52,430 nucleotides of DNA from Euryarchaeota archaeon RBG_19FT_COMBO_56_21 (lineage in GTDB: Archaea; Thermoplasmatota; Thermoplasmata; UBA10834), in assembly GCA_001800815.1 (NCBI GenBank), contig MGWC01000001.1, positions 1-52,430 of the forward strand. The letters run 5' to 3'. The position numbers and the translations under genes are program-made. This document shows positions 48,057 through 52,430 of the stretch, one piece after another. The notes under the pieces were generated by a model. It did no database searches, was not told the DNA's origin, and worked only from the letters and a program-made list of their open reading frames with translations. Position 1 is the stretch's first letter. Each line of letters starts with the position of its first letter.

Positions 48057-49183
48057 CAGAACCACCCCATCGACTTGAGCGCAACTGCGATCATGAGGTT
48101 GATCACTGCCAGAGGCAACAGCCGCTTCCAGCCAATCCCGAGCATCTGGTCGACCCTTACCCTCGGGAGGGACCATGTCATCCACTGGAATATCGTGTAG
48201 ACGATGTAGGCCTTGATCAGGAACCATATCTCGTCGGGAATGAGAGCAGGACCATGCCAGCCCCCGAGAAAGAGGGCAGTCGCGAGGGCGCCTCCTGCGT
48301 AAGATCGTATCGTGGTCGTGAAGTAGAACAGGCCGAACCTCATCCCGCCGTACTCCGTGGTCCAGCCCTCGACGAGCTCTGCCTCCGCCTCGGGCAGATC
48401 GAATGGGATGATCTCAACCTCAGCGGCGAGACAAACGAGGAAGATCAGAAAGCCGATGAACAGCGGAAATGCAAACCATATATCGTGTTGAGCATCGACG
48501 ATGTCCACGAACCCGTAGCTGCCTGCGAGAAGGAACACGCTGGCGACAGTCATGAGGAGCGGGATCTCGTAGCTCATCATCTGCGCAGCAGACCTCATCC
48601 CGCCTATCAGCGTGTACTTGTTGTTCGAGGCCCAACCTGCCAGAAGGATCGAGAACGGCGCGATTGCGAATGCCGCTAGAGCAAACAGAGCCCCTGCGGG
48701 CACATAAGAGCCCGACTCGTTGGTCGCGACGCCGAAGTTCTCGCTGAACGGGATAGTCGCAAGGATGAGTATCGATGAGCCGATGTAGATAATCGGTGCT
48801 AGCAAGTATCCCATCTTGTCTGCCTTGGCGGGGACTATTATCTCCTTGACGAACAGTTTGATGCCATCAGCTAGATTCTGGAGCCAGCCGCCGATTCTGT
48901 AGCCCACATAGTATGGACCGTAGAAATCGAACATGCGACCCATGAACTTCCGGAATATCCAGATGAAGTTGAGCACGTTGATTAGTGCAATTACTACAAC
49001 AATCACCACTTCGAGGAAGATCGTCATCACAGCCATGTGGCCCTGCGATGCTGCGAAGTTCCCAACGGCATCAAAGAAGTCCCCGAACCACCATGGGAGC
49101 ACATCTCCTAGCCAGTACCATAGGTGATTGATGAGGTCCACGAGCCAGTGGATGATTCCGTAGCAGAATTCGAACAGGTTCAT
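48056..49183 (-). CDS. nuoH: Complex I-like subunit H
   Basis: LADGIKLFVKE, SNNKY...G.MR, SYEIP, PFDLPEAEAELV.G..TEY.G, PRVR.DQ. Confidence 0.96.
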   Translation of the reverse strand: MNLFEFCYGIIHWLVDLINHLWYWLGDVLPWWFGDFFDAVGNFAASQGHMAVMTIFLEVVIVVVIALINVLNFIWIFRKFMGRMFDFYGPYYVGYRIGGWLQNLADGIKLFVKEIIVPAKADKMGYLLAPIIYIGSSILILATIPFSENFGVATNESGSYVPAGALFALAAFAIAPFSILLAGWASNNKYTLIGGMRSAAQMMSYEIPLLMTVASVFLLAGSYGFVDIVDAQHDIWFAFPLFIGFLIFLVCLAAEVEIIPFDLPEAEAELVEGWTTEYGGMRFGLFYFTTTIRSYAGGALATALFLGGWHGPALIPDEIWFLIKAYIVYTIFQWMTWSLPRVRVDQMLGIGWKRLLPLAVINLMIAVALKSMGWF

Positions 49184-49187
49184 GCTG

Positions 49188-50270
49188 TCACCTATCGGTC
49201 TCCCCTATGCACATGTCGAGTCCGCCCATGATCGCGACGACATCTGCGACCTTGTATCCGATCAGTATCTTGGGTGCCGCGGATACGGTGACGAATATCG
49301 GGCTCCTGATCTTGACCCTATACGGCTTGTCAGTGCCGTCTCCGACGATGTACATCATGCCTTCGCCGCGCGGGTCCTCGACTCGCGCCAGCCCCGTGCC
49401 CACGGGAGCGTTCCTTGGCGAAACTATGCGCACTTTCCCCTTGGGCATCTTCTTGAGCGCCTGCTTCATGATCTGGCAGCTCTCCCACATCTCGTCCATG
49501 CGGACGCGGTAACGAGCATAGCAGTCGCAATCCTTGTGAGTGACAACATTGAAATTCATTTCCTCGTAGACGGAGTACGGTCTGTCCTTCCTGAGATCGT
49601 AGGAGACGCCGCTCGCTCTCAGCGTCGGTCCCGTGACGCCCATGTTGATGGCGTCCTCTTTCTTCAGGATGCCCACGCCCACGTTCCTCATCATGAATAT
49701 CTTGGAGCCCTCGAACAAATCCTCGTACTCCTTCAGACGGCCCTCGAAGTACGAAATGGCCCGCAAGGTGTCCCGCTCGAAGTTCGGCGGCAGGTCGTGC
49801 GCGACACCACCAATCCTCGGGAAATTGTACGTGATGCGCGCGCCCGTGAGCGCCTGGAATAGATCCAGGAAGACCTCTCTCTCCCTCATGGTGTAGACAA
49901 AACCGACTCCAAGTCCAAGATCTCCCGCGTACGCCGCGAGCCACATCAAGTGGGAGACGATCCTCTGCATCTCGATGGTGAGTACCCGGATATACTCTGC
50001 CCTCTCGGGCACCTCCACATTCATCAGGTCCTCAACAGCCATGCAGTACAAATGAGACCAAGTGAGTGATGAGCCGTAACAGAGCCTGTCAGCGAGCGGA
50101 ATTATCTGTGGGTACGTCTTGCCCTCGCAGAGTTTCTCGATTCCCCTATGAAGGTACCCCACCTCGGGCTGCGCGTCGACTATCGTCTCCCCGTCGACCT
50201 TCACCCTGAGGTTCCAGAGCCCGTGCGTCATCGGGTGCTGCGGGCCCATGTTGATCCACATCTCAGCCAT
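49188..50270 (-). CDS. nuoD: Complex I-like subunit D
   Basis: NMGPQHP.THG, GYLHRG.EK, DRLCY, GPTLRASG, EDPRGE, GETDR; no NiFe CxxC. Confidence 0.96.
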   Translation of the reverse strand: MAEMWINMGPQHPMTHGLWNLRVKVDGETIVDAQPEVGYLHRGIEKLCEGKTYPQIIPLADRLCYGSSLTWSHLYCMAVEDLMNVEVPERAEYIRVLTIEMQRIVSHLMWLAAYAGDLGLGVGFVYTMREREVFLDLFQALTGARITYNFPRIGGVAHDLPPNFERDTLRAISYFEGRLKEYEDLFEGSKIFMMRNVGVGILKKEDAINMGVTGPTLRASGVSYDLRKDRPYSVYEEMNFNVVTHKDCDCYARYRVRMDEMWESCQIMKQALKKMPKGKVRIVSPRNAPVGTGLARVEDPRGEGMMYIVGDGTDKPYRVKIRSPIFVTVSAAPKILIGYKVADVVAIMGGLDMCIGETDR

Positions 50271-50276
50271 CCATCA

Positions 50277-50780
50277 TCACCCCTTGAAATCCTTCCTAAG
50301 CGGATGGAAAGTGTAGTCCTTGGGCAGCAGGATCCGCTCAAGGTTCGGATGGCCATTGAACATGATACCCATCAGGTCGTACGACTCGCGTTCCTGCCAG
50401 TTCGCCCCTCCCCAGATGGATGACACCGAGTCGACGCTGGGATCGTCCTTCGGGGTTCTGGTGATCAGCTCGAGCAGGAGCTTGTTCTGATAAGACGTGA
50501 TGTGATAGACTATCTCGAACCTGTCATCGTACTCGACCGCGGAGATCATCGACAGGTGCTCGAACCCGAGTTCGTCCCTCAGGTACTTGCAGGCCTTGGC
50601 AATCTCTCGCCGGTCCAACTTCGCCCTCACGAATCCTTCCTTGAGCTTCGTGAAACCGGTAATGGCTTCGGGGAAGGCGTTCATGAGGGCCCTTATCAGC
50701 TTCTCCTCAGGGACCGCGTCTATCCTTGAGGGTGCCTTCTCCATGTCCTCTTTCTGGTCGCTCCTTCCCCTCTCCGCCAT
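50277..50780 (-). CDS. nuoC: Complex I-like subunit C
   Basis: A.W.ERE.YDLMGI.F.GHPNL.RIL, HPLRKDF; start MAER at 50780 inferred. Confidence 0.93.
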   Translation of the reverse strand: MAERGRSDQKEDMEKAPSRIDAVPEEKLIRALMNAFPEAITGFTKLKEGFVRAKLDRREIAKACKYLRDELGFEHLSMISAVEYDDRFEIVYHITSYQNKLLLELITRTPKDDPSVDSVSSIWGGANWQERESYDLMGIMFNGHPNLERILLPKDYTFHPLRKDFKG

Positions 50781-50797
50781 AGCAACTACCCTGTCTC

Positions 50798-51370
50798 TCA
50801 CTTGCCTGTCAGAAGACCCTTCCGGTTCTCCTTGATCATAACTTGTAACTTCAGGAACCCGTCTATCAAGGCCTCTGGCCTTGCCGGACAGCCTGGAATG
50901 TAAATATCGACTGGAATGAATTGGTCGACACCCGGAACGACGCTGTAGCTGTTGTAGAACGGGCCGCCGGAAATTGCGCACTCTCCCATTGCGATGACCC
51001 ACTTGGGCTCCGGCATCTGATCGTAGAGCCTTCTCAATACGGGTTTCAGCTTCTTGCTGACGGGGCCGTTCACGAGAAGGACATCGCACTGCCTCGGGGA
51101 CGACCGGGGGATGATGCCGAACCGTTGCTGGTCGAACCTGGGCGCCGAGGCCACGGCCATCTCGAGGGCGCAACACATGATGCCGAAATGCAGGAAATAG
51201 AGCGAGTTCCTTGTGGCCCAGTTGAAGAAATCCTTGGTGATATAATCCAGTCCGCTGCCGACGGGTGACCTCCGAAGGATTCCCTCGAGAACCTCGTCGC
51301 ACCATTTCAGGAAATCCTTTGAGTGGAACGCTAATGCCTGTCCTGCGGACTGATCTCCGCGATCCTTCAA
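50798..51370 (-). CDS. nuoB: Complex I-like subunit B
   Basis: GIMCCALEM, SPRQCD, QMPEPKWVIAMG.CA..GG, IPGCPARPE; start TTG 51370 (or CTG 51376) inferred. Confidence 0.94.
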   Translation of the reverse strand: MKDRGDQSAGQALAFHSKDFLKWCDEVLEGILRRSPVGSGLDYITKDFFNWATRNSLYFLHFGIMCCALEMAVASAPRFDQQRFGIIPRSSPRQCDVLLVNGPVSKKLKPVLRRLYDQMPEPKWVIAMGECAISGGPFYNSYSVVPGVDQFIPVDIYIPGCPARPEALIDGFLKLQVMIKENRKGLLTGK

Positions 51371-51726
51371 ATCCAGACGATCTCCTCCTTCTTCAGGGCG
51401 TAGGTCACCCCGACGAGAAGTATGCCCAGGAACATCAGCAGGAACAACTTCGACAAATCCGTCAGGTTCGTGAACACCAGGGCCCATATCAGAATGAAGA
51501 CCGTGACGATATCGAAAGCCACGAAAATGATGGCATACATGTAGTACTGGAAATGGAACTGGATTCGGGCGTCGCCGATTGGCACCTCGCCGCACTCGTA
51601 CGTCGTGGCGCCCCTGGGGTCGTGCTTATCAGTTCTGAAATACCGCGAGAGGAAGAACACGACCGTTGGAAAAAGAAGAGCAACTATCGCAAAAACTGCG
51701 ACGCCCATGTAGTCCTCTGCGAGCAT
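51367..51726 (-). CDS. nuoA: Complex I-like subunit A
   Basis: YECGE.P.G, YY.YAIIFVAFD, 3 TM. Confidence 0.94.
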   Translation of the reverse strand: MLAEDYMGVAVFAIVALLFPTVVFFLSRYFRTDKHDPRGATTYECGEVPIGDARIQFHFQYYMYAIIFVAFDIVTVFILIWALVFTNLTDLSKLFLLMFLGILLVGVTYALKKEEIVWI

Positions 51727-51855
51727 TGTTCGGTGATTTTCATGCTTGTATAAATCGTTTTTCGAATTGGACGGTATCCTCTCGAGGCGTCAATACAGTG
51801 CTCACGCTCTCACGTGCGCCATGCTAGCACCCCCATTTCCACTGGAGCTGTTCGT

Positions 51856-52428
51856 CTACCGTACCCTCGCGCCGCACTTCTGGCAGAACGCGCCAGCAGG
51901 GTCAAGCGGCACGCCACACCTCGGGCAGTTCGTCAGAGGCGCGCCCATAGGCCCTGCCTGCATCGGCGGAGGTGCATACTGTGGAGCTGCCGGTTTCTTG
52001 TCCTTCGCTAATACGTAGACGACCAAGACAATGATGACCACGATGATGATCACGATGACCGCTACGACTATCAGGACCGTTTGCCAGAGATCCTCGAACA
52101 ATCCTTGTCCTCCTCCAATAGGCACTCTGGTAGCCTCGTAGTTTATTGTGACATCGGTAGTCTGGCCGTTGGTCCATGTGAGAGTGTACGTGCCGTCCAT
52201 CTGGGCGGTGTATAACCCCCAATCATCCGAGGACGTACTTGTCACCTGAACGACGCTGTTCGGGTCTCGCAGGACAAACGAGAGAGCTGCGGAAGACGTC
52301 CAGGAATAGTCAATCCAGTCCCCTTCATCCACATTGATCTGCTTGGTGAGAACTTCACCCGGAGACAACGTATCGTTGACGGCAACCGCCAGTCCCGAAA
52401 CGGACAGTGCCATCGCGGCCAACACCAA
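51856..52428 (-). CDS. Membrane-anchored protein: signal peptide, GOLD/emp24-like beta domain, TM helix, Pro-rich linker, zinc ribbon (5' end probably outside window)
   Basis: Beta-rich G.Y.L.W.N segment, long Val/Ile TM, CPRCG...FCQKCG. Confidence 0.7.
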   Translation of the reverse strand: MVLAAMALSVSGLAVAVNDTLSPGEVLTKQINVDEGDWIDYSWTSSAALSFVLRDPNSVVQVTSTSSDDWGLYTAQMDGTYTLTWTNGQTTDVTINYEATRVPIGGGQGLFEDLWQTVLIVVAVIVIIIVVIIVLVVYVLAKDKKPAAPQYAPPPMQAGPMGAPLTNCPRCGVPLDPAGAFCQKCGARVR

Positions 52429-52430
52429 CA

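Noticed and set aside
49188-51370. Group 4 [NiFe] hydrogenase
   Set aside because: The large subunit lacks both CxxC Ni-binding motifs and the small subunit has the adjacent CC of NuoB
1-52430. CRISPR array, transposase, integrase, rRNA
   Set aside because: No regularly spaced repeats or corresponding ORFs seen; nearly all sequence is explained by other genes

Overview
This is an archaeal chromosome segment. The gene set (SMC-ScpA-ScpB, SmAP, aIF5A, Nop5, Csl4, Nob1, geranylgeranyl reductase, split-J Nuo/Fpo operon) suggests Thermoplasmatota, by inference only. Most of it is housekeeping: condensin, phosphate transport, sugar-nucleotide metabolism, polyamine/MTA, RNA processing, an Opp/Dpp ABC transporter, quinone/isoprenoid genes and a headless complex I (nuoA-N without EFG). 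The stand-out is an ~8.4 kb block between tRNA-Val(CAC) (14815-14887) and a repeat of that tRNA's 3' end (23274-23289). It carries two cation/H+ antiporters, a wHTH-CBS regulator and a divergent three-gene operon: an opine dehydrogenase, a single-chain glutamate-mutase-like B12 protein (CxHxxG) and an asparagine-synthetase homologue lacking the catalytic Cys. I do not recognise this operon as a described pathway; it may make a novel opine-derived amide/lactam, possibly an osmolyte. Secondary oddities are a Rab-like GTPase with no canonical start codon, large insertions in both Opp ATPases, a six-cluster NuoI, a perfect 18-bp palindrome before smc, and an unannotated 59-aa ORF. All family calls are by eye from motifs; no searches were run.
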